Assembly: GCA_965226795.1 (NCBI GenBank)
Contig: CBDDDZ010000004.1
Coordinates: 608,001 to 672,000, forward strand
DNA: 64,000 nucleotides
DNA from: Candidatus Latescibacterota bacterium
GTDB taxonomy: Bacteria > Latescibacterota > UBA2968 > GCA-2709665
Reading direction: 5' to 3'
Shown: positions 10,818-21,052 of the stretch, piece after piece
Layout of the letters: each line of letters opens with the position of its first letter
How positions within the stretch are numbered: the first letter of the stretch is position 1
Translations under genes and position numbers: made by a program
The notes under the pieces: generated by a model
Database searches by the model: none
What the model was told of the DNA's origin: nothing
What the model saw: the letters and a program-made list of their open reading frames with translations, nothing else

Positions 10818-11777
10818 ATGAATGATTCGCAGATGTTGACCGAAGGAGTGTCCGACGAGCGGGCATGGCGGACGAGTAGCATCGATGATTCCGCAGCGTG
10901 GTACTATCCGTTGTCCGAGGATTATCTCTCCAGCTCTGAGCGCATCGTCCGTGATGCGCGAGTTCGTCAATTGCCCATTAGGGAGATTTTCCGCCAGGGC
11001 GTATCGTTCAATTACTCCGGAGAATGCCTTCAACCGGTACGTGACGCCCTCGGATCGGGGCGTGGATTTGCCATCGTCAATCGCGTGCCGATCGAAGGGT
11101 ATGTGATTGAAGAAGCGCTGTCGATGTACTGGATGATTGGCGAGAACCTTGGCACCCCCGTGGAGCAGAATATTGAGGGAACGCTATTGTACGATGTCCG
11201 AGATACGGGCAAGAATGTGGCGCAAGGAGCCAGGTTTTCAGTGACCAATGCGGAGAGCACGTTTCACAACGACAATGCCTTCGGCGAACCGCTGCCCTAC
11301 ATTGTGGGACTGCTCTGCCTGCGCACGGCGAAATCCGGCGGGCAGAGTCAGCTTGTCAGCGGCTACGCTCTCCACAATGAACTCCTCGAAAATCACGCCG
11401 ATGTCCTCGAAATACTCTATCAGCTGTTCCATTTTGATCGTCGAGGACAGTTCAAGGCCGGGGACTCGCCGACGTCTCAATTCCCGATTTTTCAGTGGAG
11501 CCGGGGCGAACTGACGCTCCGATACATGTACTATTACATCCAGGTGGGTCACGAGAGGGCCGGCAAACCGCTAACCGCCGATCAGAGAAGCGCACTGGAA
11601 GTTGTGGAACAGTTGCTTGGCTGCGCGGATTTCAGGGTGGAGTTCAGTCTACAACCCGGACAGATGCTATTTACGAACAACCGCTGGCTACTGCACAATC
11701 GTACCGCATTTGAGGACGATGCCGACCCTGCACGTCGGCGGCATTACGTGCGACTCTGGTTGCGGCACCAAGGCTGA
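10818..11777 (+). CDS. TauD/TfdA-family Fe(II)/2-oxoglutarate dioxygenase
   Basis: FHNDN (HxD), NNRWLLHNR, RRHYVRLW. Confidence 0.88.
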   Translation: MNDSQMLTEGVSDERAWRTSSIDDSAAWYYPLSEDYLSSSERIVRDARVRQLPIREIFRQGVSFNYSGECLQPVRDALGSGRGFAIVNRVPIEGYVIEEALSMYWMIGENLGTPVEQNIEGTLLYDVRDTGKNVAQGARFSVTNAESTFHNDNAFGEPLPYIVGLLCLRTAKSGGQSQLVSGYALHNELLENHADVLEILYQLFHFDRRGQFKAGDSPTSQFPIFQWSRGELTLRYMYYYIQVGHERAGKPLTADQRSALEVVEQLLGCADFRVEFSLQPGQMLFTNNRWLLHNRTAFEDDADPARRRHYVRLWLRHQG

Positions 11778-11835
11778 AGGATCGAAATCGCAAAAAACGG
11801 TCGCTCGTTTCTGCCGCGAATTCGCTGCTTTCGCA

Positions 11836-12033
11836 GTGTTCTGTCCCGGAAACAGATCGCCAAGATTCGGCCGACCAGAAGCAGCAAAAACAGTTGTCAG
11901 CTCTCAGCCGTCAGCTTGAATCAAAAACCCGATCAGTTGACGTCAGCGCCGTGAAGAGGCGGGACCAGAACGGGCGCAGTTAGACGGGATGAATCGGCGG
12001 TTGAATGGTAACATATTCACGGGACGGGTCTAG
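11836..12033. mobile_element. MITE-like repeat, copy 2 (divergent interior)
   Basis: Left TIR GTGTTCTGTCCCGGAAA; shares AGACGGGATGAA..GGCGG.TGAATGGT with copy 1; degenerate right end CGGGACGGGTCTAG. Confidence 0.75.
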
Positions 12034-12485
12034 TCCACAATCTCGTAAACACCCGAATTGTTCATGTTCTCCCGCGTCTCCACCCGGTAGACCCGGCAAC
12101 GCCCATCCGTCTTCTCACGTATCATCCGATCGGCATAGTCAAACACGTACTTGGAGGAGGCCTCCATCCCCACGTTGGGTATCACACGAAGGTCCACGAT
12201 CCCCCTGCGGTGCATCTCCTCGAACAGCTCCCGCTCCGGGTCGTTTTCGTTGATCAGCATCGTGTGGTCAAACATGTTCTCCAACCAGGCCTTCAGTTCC
12301 TTAAGCTTACCGAAATCCACCACAAAGTGATTCTCATCCAGTACCTCGCACGCAAAATGGAACGTAATGACCCGGTTGTAACCGTGGATAAACCGACAGT
12401 GCCCGTCGTGATGCGCCTGTCGGTGCGAACATGGCAGATTGTGAAATGTCTTGGTGGATGAAAACCGCCCTTTTCCGCTGGCCAT
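12030..12485 (-). CDS. queD: 6-carboxytetrahydropterin synthase / PTPS family
   Basis: CSHRQ..HDGHCRFIHGY, VVDFG, FDH, RVETRE. Confidence 0.8.
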   Translation of the reverse strand: MASGKGRFSSTKTFHNLPCSHRQAHHDGHCRFIHGYNRVITFHFACEVLDENHFVVDFGKLKELKAWLENMFDHTMLINENDPERELFEEMHRRGIVDLRVIPNVGMEASSKYVFDYADRMIREKTDGRCRVYRVETRENMNNSGVYEIVD

Positions 12486-12591
12486 AAACCCGTCTCTCTT
12501 CCGTGTTGATTTCTGACGATCACCATAGAAAATACGAATCTCATCTTCTCTGTCAAGGCTTCTGCACCCGAAATGCACGAGGAGCGCGCCG

Positions 12592-13434
12592 ATGATTATC
12601 GACACCCACACCCATTTCTACGATCCCCAACGCCCTGAAGGGGTACCCTGGCCGCCGCCGGACGACGCCCTGCTCTACCGCCGTGTGTTTCCTGAAGATT
12701 ACAAAGCCGTGGCCGTTCCCGAGGGCGTTACCGGCGCCGTAGTCGTGGAAGCCAGCGAATGGGTTGAAGACAATCGCTGGATCCTCGATCTGGCCGAAAA
12801 AGAGCCCTTCATCGTGGGCTTCGTTGGCAATCTCGACCCGGAATCGGACGCTTTTGAAAGGCATCTTATTGAACTTTCAGAAAACCCCCTTTTCCGCGGC
12901 ATCCGCCTTCACCGGAACGAGATTCAGACCGTCAGCGACTCGCTGTTTTCCAAACTCGACCTGCTCGCGCAGAACGACCTCTCCCTCGACCTCCTCATCG
13001 ACGTCGAGCAGCTTCACTCCGCAGTCCATATTGCTGCCCGGCTACCGGACCTGCGCATCGTGCTCAACCACGTTATCCATGTACCCATTGACGGCAAGAC
13101 GCCCAACCCCGAATGGATCGACGGCCTGCACAATGCCGCACAGTACCCGGGCATCTACTGCAAGATCTCCGGCCTCGTCGAAACCGCCCGGGAGAGACCG
13201 GCGCCTCCTGACTTGATCTACTACGCGCCAACTCTGGACCACCTCTGTGAAATCCTTGGCGTGGACCGCCTCATCTACGCCAGCAACTGGCCCGTGTGCG
13301 AACACGGCGCCGACTATGCCACGGTACAGCGCATCCCCATGGAATACTTCAAGGCCATTGGAGAAGATGCGGTCGAGAAGGTATTCTGGAAGAACGCAAT
13401 GGCTGCCTACAAGTGGTCCGCGCGCGCGCATTAA
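12592..13434 (+). CDS. Amidohydrolase-2 family (lactonase-like)
   Basis: IDTHTHF, VLNH, CKISG, ASNWPV. Confidence 0.88.
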   Translation: MIIDTHTHFYDPQRPEGVPWPPPDDALLYRRVFPEDYKAVAVPEGVTGAVVVEASEWVEDNRWILDLAEKEPFIVGFVGNLDPESDAFERHLIELSENPLFRGIRLHRNEIQTVSDSLFSKLDLLAQNDLSLDLLIDVEQLHSAVHIAARLPDLRIVLNHVIHVPIDGKTPNPEWIDGLHNAAQYPGIYCKISGLVETARERPAPPDLIYYAPTLDHLCEILGVDRLIYASNWPVCEHGADYATVQRIPMEYFKAIGEDAVEKVFWKNAMAAYKWSARAH

Positions 13435-13535
13435 CGATCCTCGAGGCGTTGGAAACGCGCCACCCGGACGATCCCACCGGGTGCGGAACCGGCGTCCGGG
13501 GACCGTTTCGCATCCCGCCAGATCGCGGGCAATCG

Positions 13536-13892
13536 TTATCTTTGCGGGGTGAGCATGGGCCCGAGGGGCCGGCCGCCGATCAGATGCATATGCAGGTGGT
13601 AGACCTCCTGACCACCATGGTCCCGGCAATTCACGATCAACCGGTACCCGTCCTCGGCAAGGCCTTCCTCCTTCGCAAGCCGGGCAGCCACCGTAAACAA
13701 CCGGCCGAGCGCGGCCTCATCCTCTGACGATACATCGCTGACAGTTGGAATCACGTTATTTGGAACGATCAGAATATGAGTCGGCGCCTGTGGATTGATA
13801 TCTCGAAACGCCGTCACCAGTTCATCCTGGTACGTTATTTCCGATGGTATCTCCTTCCGGATTATCTTGCTGAAGATCGTTTCTTCCGCCAT
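13536..13892 (-). CDS. hinT: HIT-family purine nucleoside phosphoramidase
   Basis: [27 protein letters not shown]. Confidence 0.93.
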   Translation of the reverse strand: MAEETIFSKIIRKEIPSEITYQDELVTAFRDINPQAPTHILIVPNNVIPTVSDVSSEDEAALGRLFTVAARLAKEEGLAEDGYRLIVNCRDHGGQEVYHLHMHLIGGRPLGPMLTPQR

Positions 13893-14021
13893 GGATTCTC
13901 CTTTCCGTAACCAGCCCTTTTTGCTATCTTCTCGCAGCCGGCATCGGCCGGTATCAAAAAAACATCTCGTTATTCGAAAATCAAGCCAATCCTGATCCTG
14001 GCCGTGGGAGACCGCCGGAAC

Positions 14022-14285
14022 ATGCTTCGCTCCATCGACCGCCTTCTGGCCGCTATACCGATTGTCATTTTACGGATTTACCGGTTGCTGATTTCTCCTT
14101 TTTTTCATGTCGTTTTCGGCCCCGGCAGCGGGTGCAGGTTCCACCCCAGTTGCTCCCGGTACGCCCGTGATTGCTTTCGTCAACATCCCTTTCCGGTCGC
14201 TCTCTATCTATCGGTCTCGCGAATTCTAAAATGTCATCCCTACCATTCCGGCGGATATGACCCCGTCCCGCCGCGATGTTCTTAG
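14022..14285 (+). CDS. yidD: Membrane protein insertion efficiency factor
   Basis: [27 protein letters not shown]. Confidence 0.92.
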   Translation: MLRSIDRLLAAIPIVILRIYRLLISPFFHVVFGPGSGCRFHPSCSRYARDCFRQHPFPVALYLSVSRILKCHPYHSGGYDPVPPRCS

Positions 14286-15082
14286 CCCAGACTCCCATGT
14301 TCGGAATCGCCCAGATCCATTGGAGTGCCGACCCCGAGATTTTCCGCATCGGCCCTGTCGTCCTGCGCTGGTACAGCCTGTGCTTTCTGGTCAGCTTCAC
14401 CCTCGGCTACTTCATTATGCGCCGTATGTTCGGGTTCGAGGGAAAATCGACAAAGGACCTGGACAGCCTGGTAAACCACATGGTGCTGGGTACCCTCATC
14501 GGCGCGCGCCTGGGACACTGTCTGTTTTACGACCCCGCATTCTACCTCACGAACCCGATCGAAATCTTCAAAATCTGGCGAGGCGGCCTTGCCAGCCACG
14601 GCGCAGCCATCGGTGTCTTCACCGCCCTATATCTGTACGCCCGAAACCGGCCGGATCAATCCTATCTCTGGATTCTCGACCGTGTTGTCGTTACGGTTGC
14701 CCTCGGCGGATGTTTCATCCGCATTGGAAACCTGTTCAACTCAGAAATCTATGGCACCCCGAGCGACCTGCCCTGGGCCATTGTTTTTTCAAGCGTAGAT
14801 GCGGTCCCGAGGCATCCGGCGCAACTCTACGAATCCCTCGCCTACGGGCTTATTTTCCTCCTCCTGTATGCCGTCTATGCAAGACGACGCGCCCAGACTC
14901 CCTCCGGACTGCTTCTCGGCATGTTCCTCGTTTCCGTGTTCTCATTCCGGGTAATCGTCGAATTCGTCAAGGTCCGCCAAGCCGCTTACGGCCACAGCTT
15001 CCCCCTCAGCGTGGGGCAATGGCTCAGTATTCCCCTCATCGTCCTTGGCATCGTCCTGCTCGTAAACGCATCGAGAAAATGA
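14276..15082 (+). CDS. lgt: Prolipoprotein diacylglyceryl transferase
   Basis: GARLGH, GGLASHG, RIGNLFNSEIYG, RHPAQLYE. Confidence 0.96.
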   Translation: MFLAQTPMFGIAQIHWSADPEIFRIGPVVLRWYSLCFLVSFTLGYFIMRRMFGFEGKSTKDLDSLVNHMVLGTLIGARLGHCLFYDPAFYLTNPIEIFKIWRGGLASHGAAIGVFTALYLYARNRPDQSYLWILDRVVVTVALGGCFIRIGNLFNSEIYGTPSDLPWAIVFSSVDAVPRHPAQLYESLAYGLIFLLLYAVYARRRAQTPSGLLLGMFLVSVFSFRVIVEFVKVRQAAYGHSFPLSVGQWLSIPLIVLGIVLLVNASRK

Positions 15083-15098
15083 GGGCTCGACAGCACCC

Positions 15099-15426
15099 AT
15101 TCGAGGTCGTCTCCAAACGCTACGAGAAGGGCAAACCCATTATCCACACCTCCAACTAATCCTATACCGCCTGGGGCGACTTCTTCCCCGATCCCGTCCT
15201 GGCCACCGCCCCTCTTTGATCGACTCCTCCATCACGCCACCACCATCTCCATCCACGGCGACAGCTACCGCCTGCTACATCGCAGAAACGCAGGACTGTC
15301 AACACATACTCATCAACACACTTAAAAAAGGGAACTTCTCATGCCGCCCTGATCAACCCATAACCCCGTCTATATGTGTCCAATTCTATACCGGCGTATC
15401 TGTCAAAATCGAAAACGGTGTTGACA
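15099..15426 (+). mobile_element. IS21-family remnant: istB 3' fragment plus right end
   Basis: Broken translation FEVVSKRYEKGKPIIHTSN*..WGDFFPDPVLATA/DRLLHHATTISIHGDSYRL resembles the IstB C-terminus; followed by two imperfect subterminal repeats ending in TTGACA. Confidence 0.8.
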
Positions 15427-15470
15427 ACAAACACACCTGTCCCCAATATACCACGGAAAGGTGGAATCCC

Positions 15471-16226
15471 ATGAACTCGTATACGGCCATTGCCGGAACG
15501 CTGCAGAAATCCCTGAACCTTGTCCTGCCTCCCATTGCCGTCTGCATCTCGGACGAAGTGCCCGAGGGCATACCAGATTACGATGGTCGAGCGCCGGCCG
15601 GCTGTCTGTTCTGGCAGGAGGCTGAGAACGGACCCTTTGCCACCCAGACCTCCCACCACGAACTGTGCGCCATCGGCGTCCACACACACCATATGGCCAG
15701 CCCTCCGGCCTCGTACGAAGCCGAACTGGGCGACGTCCTGAAGACTATGGCCGACATGGACTACGTTCGCGAGCAGGACGTAATGGAGATCCCGGTGCTG
15801 GAGAGGGAAACAAAGCACGTGATTTACGCCCCGCTGGACAAAACTCCGCTTGAACCGGCCGTGGTCCTGCTATTCGCGCATTCACGGCAAAGCCTGATAA
15901 TTACCGAAGCCGTCCAGCAGGTCGACCCGGCCGTGCCGCCCGCAATGGGCAGGCCCGCCTGCGCCGTGGTTCCCCAGGCCGTCAGAACAGGACGGGCCGC
16001 CCTCAGCCTGGGATGTTGCGGCGCGCGGGCATACCTGGATACGCTCACGGACGACGTCGCCATATGGGCGCTGCCCGGCGACAAGGTGAACGCGTATGCA
16101 ACACGCATCGAAATTCTTGCCAGGGCCAACTCGGTCCTGGGTGAATTTCATTCCCTGCGTCGAAGAGATGTCGAAGCCGGACTTGAACCCACCGTTGCTG
16201 AGTCTCTTTCAAGGCTGGGAAACTGA
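15471..16226 (+). CDS. DUF169-family protein
   Basis: Cys motifs CAIG, PACA, SLGCCGAR. Confidence 0.75.
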   Translation: MNSYTAIAGTLQKSLNLVLPPIAVCISDEVPEGIPDYDGRAPAGCLFWQEAENGPFATQTSHHELCAIGVHTHHMASPPASYEAELGDVLKTMADMDYVREQDVMEIPVLERETKHVIYAPLDKTPLEPAVVLLFAHSRQSLIITEAVQQVDPAVPPAMGRPACAVVPQAVRTGRAALSLGCCGARAYLDTLTDDVAIWALPGDKVNAYATRIEILARANSVLGEFHSLRRRDVEAGLEPTVAESLSRLGN

Positions 16227-16365
16227 CCCCACACCATCGGATTGAAGGTGCGCGCCCCGACCGGACACCGGACGCCCATCTTTCGCTTGAAACAGCACCA
16301 ATCCATGGTATATTGTGAAAAAATCGTCGCCCGTAGATTCACTTCCTCATCAGATGGAAACTTCG

Positions 16366-17088
16366 ATGCGTTCCACTTCGAAAGAAGAAACCCTGGACCT
16401 GCGTGAAAAAGGCAAACCGATCAATGGACAGGTTCAGGCCAGCAACCGACGGCTGTATATGCAGTTGCACGTCTTTGGAAACTGCACGCGCACGGACGTT
16501 GTGGCCGGCGCACTCCGCGACTCCGGTGTCGATGCCGTCCTGTACGTCGACCTGAACGATCCATACGGCGTTGCCTTTCTCGCCATATCCGAATCTCCGG
16601 ACACCTTCGTGGGGGAAATCCGCACATTGCTTAACAGCCAGCCCTTCACTGAGCTTCGACGCAATCCCGACCTCACCATGATCGGACGAACCTACGCCCA
16701 CGGGTACGAACCCGATCTTGAAGAAACGCTGTTACACAAACCACGCCGTAAGGTCCTCAACCCGGACTGGCCATGGGCCGTCTGGTATCCTCTGCGACGC
16801 AAGCCCGAATTCGGACTGTTATCGGGTGACGATCTTCGCGGAATTCTGGGCGAACACGCCAGAATCGGGCGCGCCTATGCCGAGGCCGGTTTTGCCCAGG
16901 ACATCCGTCTGGCCTGCTATGGCATGGACCGCAACGACAACGACTTCGTCATCGGCCTGCTGGGGCCCGAGTTGCATCCGCTCTCACACGTCGTCCAGGA
17001 AATGCGGAAGACCCGGCAGACCGCGCAATACGTGCAATCCCTCGGGCCGTTTTTCGTTGGTAAAGCCATCTGGCAGACTCCTTTCTGA
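16366..17088 (+). CDS. Chlorite dismutase / coproheme decarboxylase-like heme protein
   Basis: WYPLRR, EHARIG, GMDRNDNDFVIG, PFFVG. Confidence 0.8.
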   Translation: MRSTSKEETLDLREKGKPINGQVQASNRRLYMQLHVFGNCTRTDVVAGALRDSGVDAVLYVDLNDPYGVAFLAISESPDTFVGEIRTLLNSQPFTELRRNPDLTMIGRTYAHGYEPDLEETLLHKPRRKVLNPDWPWAVWYPLRRKPEFGLLSGDDLRGILGEHARIGRAYAEAGFAQDIRLACYGMDRNDNDFVIGLLGPELHPLSHVVQEMRKTRQTAQYVQSLGPFFVGKAIWQTPF

Positions 17089-17136
17089 CACCGGCGAAAA
17101 AGGACAACGAGGTCGCTTCACCCACGGCGCGTCGAA

Positions 17137-18390
17137 ATGATCCTAAAAATCGAAGCCCTGCGCTACCGCTGTCTGCGTTTCATCAGCCGACCGCTTGATG
17201 CGTTCCACATTCTGGTTGGGCCGAACGCCAGCGGGAAAACCACCCTGCTGGATGCCATCGCCTTCCTCTGTGACCTCGTTTCGGTCGGCCTGGAGGAGGC
17301 CGTCGAAAAACGCACGGCCGACCTGCGCGATCTGGTCTGGCGCCGGACGTTCGACCCGTTCGAACTGGCCATCGAGCTGAGTATACCTGCTCAGAAAGCC
17401 GACCTTTTCGAAAACCGGCAATACAATCGATGCCGTTACGAAATCGCCATTGGGCCAACAGCCGAAACCGGTGAGACCGCTATTCTCGCCGAACGTGTTC
17501 TGCTTCTCCCCAACGCACCCCAGGAAGACGAGGAGTGCGAACAGCAGACGCTTTTCCCCATCGACCGCCCGATGCCCGGCACGCTTGCCCTGCCCCGCCT
17601 CAGAGGCGCCAGAACCATCGCACACAAGGTTCACGGCAGCAACGACAACTTCTACTACGAAACCGGCACCGGATGGGACCACTCTTTCAAGCTGGGTCCA
17701 AGACGGTCCGCTCTTGCCAATTTGCCCGAAGACGAAACCCGATATCCCGTTGCCACCTGGCTGAAGGGCGTACTCAACGACGGAATCCAGCGTCTGGTTC
17801 TAAACAGCGCCAGCCTGCGCTGTCCCAGCCCGCCCGGCCGACCCACCGGATTCAAGCCCGACGGTTCCAATCTGCCCTGGGTCATCTCCGCCATGCAAAC
17901 CAGCGCACCCGACCGATTCACGGCCTGGATCCGTTGCCTGCAATCCGTCCTTCCCGACCTGAGAACCATTCGCACATTGGAACGTCCTGAGGATCGTCAC
18001 TGTTATCTGGTCTTCCAGGATCGAAACGGCCTCGAAGCGCCATCCTGGACGATTTCAGACGGCACCCTTCGCCTTCTGGCCCTTACACTCCCGGCCTACC
18101 TGCCGGACTTTGGCGGCACCTATCTCGTTGAAGAACCCGAAAACGGGATACATCCACGGGCCGTCGAAACGGTTTTTCGAGCGCTCTCATCCATAGAAAA
18201 CGTCCAGGTCCTCTTAGCCACGCACTCTCCCGTCATTGTGGGCCTGGCGGAAGGCAGTCAGGTCATCTGTTTCTCCAAGACCGAAACCGGTGCCACCGAT
18301 ATGGTCCTCAGCACCGAAAATCCCGCGCTTCGCGAATGGCAGGGCGCAACCGATCTGGGTTCCCTGTTTGCCGACGGTGTGTTGGGATAG
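17137..18390 (+). CDS. AAA_21/ABC-type ATPase (defence-associated type)
   Basis: GPNASGKT, ISDGTLRLL, EEPENGIHP, ATHSP. Confidence 0.85.
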   Translation: MILKIEALRYRCLRFISRPLDAFHILVGPNASGKTTLLDAIAFLCDLVSVGLEEAVEKRTADLRDLVWRRTFDPFELAIELSIPAQKADLFENRQYNRCRYEIAIGPTAETGETAILAERVLLLPNAPQEDEECEQQTLFPIDRPMPGTLALPRLRGARTIAHKVHGSNDNFYYETGTGWDHSFKLGPRRSALANLPEDETRYPVATWLKGVLNDGIQRLVLNSASLRCPSPPGRPTGFKPDGSNLPWVISAMQTSAPDRFTAWIRCLQSVLPDLRTIRTLERPEDRHCYLVFQDRNGLEAPSWTISDGTLRLLALTLPAYLPDFGGTYLVEEPENGIHPRAVETVFRALSSIENVQVLLATHSPVIVGLAEGSQVICFSKTETGATDMVLSTENPALREWQGATDLGSLFADGVLG

Positions 18391-18451
18391 AACCGTGAGC
18401 ACTGGAAACGAAGTTGCGTTACGTGAGATTTCCTGGAACCCTGAGAACAAG

Positions 18452-18526
18452 AATCGGCCGGCGTAACCGCCGACGCAGCACGGAAGACCGCGGGATGACC
18501 CACCGATGACCCGACCGCCCGGGCAG
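18452..18526 (+). ncRNA. Putative ZMP/ZTP (pfl) riboswitch, divergent
   Basis: 3' motif CCGACCGCCCGGGCA resembles the ZTP P3 consensus; upstream GGCG can pseudoknot with loop CGCC; lies in the leader of an AICAR transformylase. Confidence 0.5.
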
Positions 18527-18602
18527 TTAACCTTCATCGCCCGGGCTATTGTCTGCCGGGCACATTCATGTTGATTTTTGTAGACATTCGAGGACAAACG
18601 CC

Positions 18603-19772
18603 ATGGTTGAACTCGCCCTGAAATACGGATGCAACCCACACCAGAAGCCCGCGAGAATATACAACAGGCACGGCACGCTGCCCTTCACCGTGTTGAACGG
18701 CGCGCCCGGCTATATCAACCTGCTCGATGCGCTCAATTCATGGCAGCTTGTAAAGGAACTGAAGCAGACGCTAAGCACACCCGCCGCCGCTTCCTTCAAA
18801 CACGTCAGCCCCGCCGGAGCCGCGGTGGCCGTACCCTTGAACGAAGACCTGAAGAAAGCCTATTTTGTCGAAGATCTGGATCTCTCCCCCCTGGCCGTGG
18901 CATACGCCCGCGCACGGGGCGCCGACCGGCTTTCTTCATATGGCGATTGGGCTGCCCTGAGCGACACGGTGGACGTCGCCACCGCCAGACTTCTGCGCCG
19001 CGAGGTTTCCGACGGCGTGATTGCGCCCGGATATGAACCGGAAGCCCTGGATATATTGAAGCAGAAAAAAGGAGGCGCCTACCCGGTCCTTCAAATCAAT
19101 CCGGATTACAAACCCGTGGAAATGGAGTGCCGGGAGGTATTCGGACTCACCTTTGAGCAGCAATGCAACACCCGGGTCACCGGTCCTGAGATATTGAAAA
19201 ACATCGTTACCCGCAGACAGGACATCCCTCCGGACAAAGCCCGCGATATGCTGGTGGCCACCATTACGCTCAAGTTCACCCAGTCCAACTCCATTTGCTT
19301 CACGTTACAGGGTCAGTCCATCGGCGTAGGCGCGGGCCAGCAAAACCGCCTTGCATGCACGGATCTCGCAGCAAGCAAAGCCGAAGCATGGTTTCTTCGC
19401 CAGCACCCGGCGGTGCTCAATCTGAAGTTCGGAAAGGGTGCCAGGCGGCCCGAAAAGATAAATGCCATCGAACTCTATCTCAAGGGAAACATGACACCCG
19501 AAGAACGAAGCGCCTGGCGGTCTTCATTCCCCAAGGCGCCGCCGCCATTCGGCGATACGGCGAGGCGGGAATGGTTGCAGCGTCTCAAGGGCGTCATACT
19601 GGGCTCCGACGCGTATATTCCCTTCCGCGACAATATCGACCGCGCCGCTCGAACGGGTGTAGAATACGTTATCCAGACCGGTGGTTCCGTGCAGGACGAT
19701 GCGGTGACCGCCGCCGCAGATGAATACGGCATGGTCATGGTCAATACCGGCATCAGGCTCTTTCATCATTAG
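18603..19772 (+). CDS. purH: AICAR transformylase (short PurH lacking the IMP cyclohydrolase domain)
   Basis: LKYGCNPHQ, SFKHVSPAG, KFTQSNS, SDAYIPFRDN, RLFHH. Confidence 0.92.
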   Translation: MVELALKYGCNPHQKPARIYNRHGTLPFTVLNGAPGYINLLDALNSWQLVKELKQTLSTPAAASFKHVSPAGAAVAVPLNEDLKKAYFVEDLDLSPLAVAYARARGADRLSSYGDWAALSDTVDVATARLLRREVSDGVIAPGYEPEALDILKQKKGGAYPVLQINPDYKPVEMECREVFGLTFEQQCNTRVTGPEILKNIVTRRQDIPPDKARDMLVATITLKFTQSNSICFTLQGQSIGVGAGQQNRLACTDLAASKAEAWFLRQHPAVLNLKFGKGARRPEKINAIELYLKGNMTPEERSAWRSSFPKAPPPFGDTARREWLQRLKGVILGSDAYIPFRDNIDRAARTGVEYVIQTGGSVQDDAVTAAADEYGMVMVNTGIRLFHH

Positions 19773-20127
19773 TTCGCCGGTTGTTTCCTGCCTGAAAAAC
19801 GGTTTCGTCTCCAGGCGACGGTCTGGAGGTACGCGAGGGAAGCCGAGGTCGTCGCCTGCCTCGAATAACCTGAAAAAAAGTCAAATTTTCCATTGACGAC
19901 CGTGCACCGCGTCTTATATTTATCGTTTGACGCAGTTCGATTTTCATAAGTAAAACGACTGTTTTTCGATCCATTGCCGTCGAAAACCGTCGACACGTAC
20001 ACAGTAGCTCAGATTCAGCTCCTGCTATGCGGTGGACGCCGGAAGTGCAGGATGAGTATCAAAAGCTTCTTGATGGATGCATGGGTGTACCTGAAGCATA
20101 CACCAACGCATATGGAGGTGTCCGGAC

Positions 20128-20955
20128 ATGCAATCCAGTGGTTTGGACGGCGACACCAACATTTATCTGCGCGATATCCGAAAATTTACACCGCTCAGCA
20201 GAGAAGATGAGGCCGGTGTGATCGCAGACGCTCAGAAGGGTAACCGTAGAGCCCTCAACCGTCTTATCACCGCCAACCTGCGATTTGTGGTCCGTGTTGC
20301 ACGGGAATATAGCGGACGGGGGTTGCCCCTGTCCGACCTGATTGCCGAGGGCAACCTGGGTCTGATCCGAGCCACAAGGACATTCGATCTTGCTCGTGGG
20401 CACAAATTCATCACTTACGCTGTCTGGTGGATCCGGCAAGCCATACTGTCAGCACTCAATCGGTATGCCCACCCCGTGGTGTTTCCGGTGAATCGGATCG
20501 ACGACCTCGACGCAATCAACAGGTCAAAGAACGCCCTCTCGCAATCGCTGGGCCGACTTCCCGATCTGGGCGAACTGGTTGAGAAAACCGGAATGCCGCT
20601 CAGAAGGCTGCGCCGCGCCCTCGAAGCCAACCGGACGACCGTATCGCTCGACAGCCACACACACGACGGATCCTCGGCAGTTTACGCGGATGCACTTCCG
20701 GCACAGGCCTCCCGCCCGGACGAACAGTTCGAGGATGCCCGGATCAAAAAACTCCTGAAGGAATGCCTGAACCGGTTGCCCCGGCGTGAAGGGCGGATCC
20801 TGAGTCTTTATTTCGGCCTGAACTCGGACAGGCCCGAGCCCCTCGAACGGATTGGCAAACGCCTGCAGATCAGCAGGGAGCGGGTCCGGCAACTCAAAGA
20901 CAGAGCGCTCAACAGGCTCCGACTCAATTTTGCACAGAAAACCCTGATTTCGTAG
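20128..20955 (+). CDS. sigma70 RpoD/SigA-like factor lacking region 1.1
   Basis: ANLRFVV, DLIAEGNLGL, KFITYAVWWIRQ, SRERVRQ. Confidence 0.93.
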   Translation: MQSSGLDGDTNIYLRDIRKFTPLSREDEAGVIADAQKGNRRALNRLITANLRFVVRVAREYSGRGLPLSDLIAEGNLGLIRATRTFDLARGHKFITYAVWWIRQAILSALNRYAHPVVFPVNRIDDLDAINRSKNALSQSLGRLPDLGELVEKTGMPLRRLRRALEANRTTVSLDSHTHDGSSAVYADALPAQASRPDEQFEDARIKKLLKECLNRLPRREGRILSLYFGLNSDRPEPLERIGKRLQISRERVRQLKDRALNRLRLNFAQKTLIS

Positions 20956-20973
20956 ACAGAATGAATCACACCC

Positions 20974-21016
20974 ACAGACAAAGCGGGCGGCCACTCAGGC
21001 CGCCCGCTTTGTCTGT
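20974..21016. terminator. Bidirectional terminator hairpin
   Basis: 19-bp perfect inverted repeat with 5-nt loop between convergent genes. Confidence 0.8.
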
Positions 21017-21052
21017 ACGGATAATATCCGGTTACTGCCCGGAAAAACCCGC

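Noticed and set aside
15216..15470. N-terminal extension of the DUF169 ORF
   Set aside because: Derived from the IS21 remnant; the likely start is ATG 15471.
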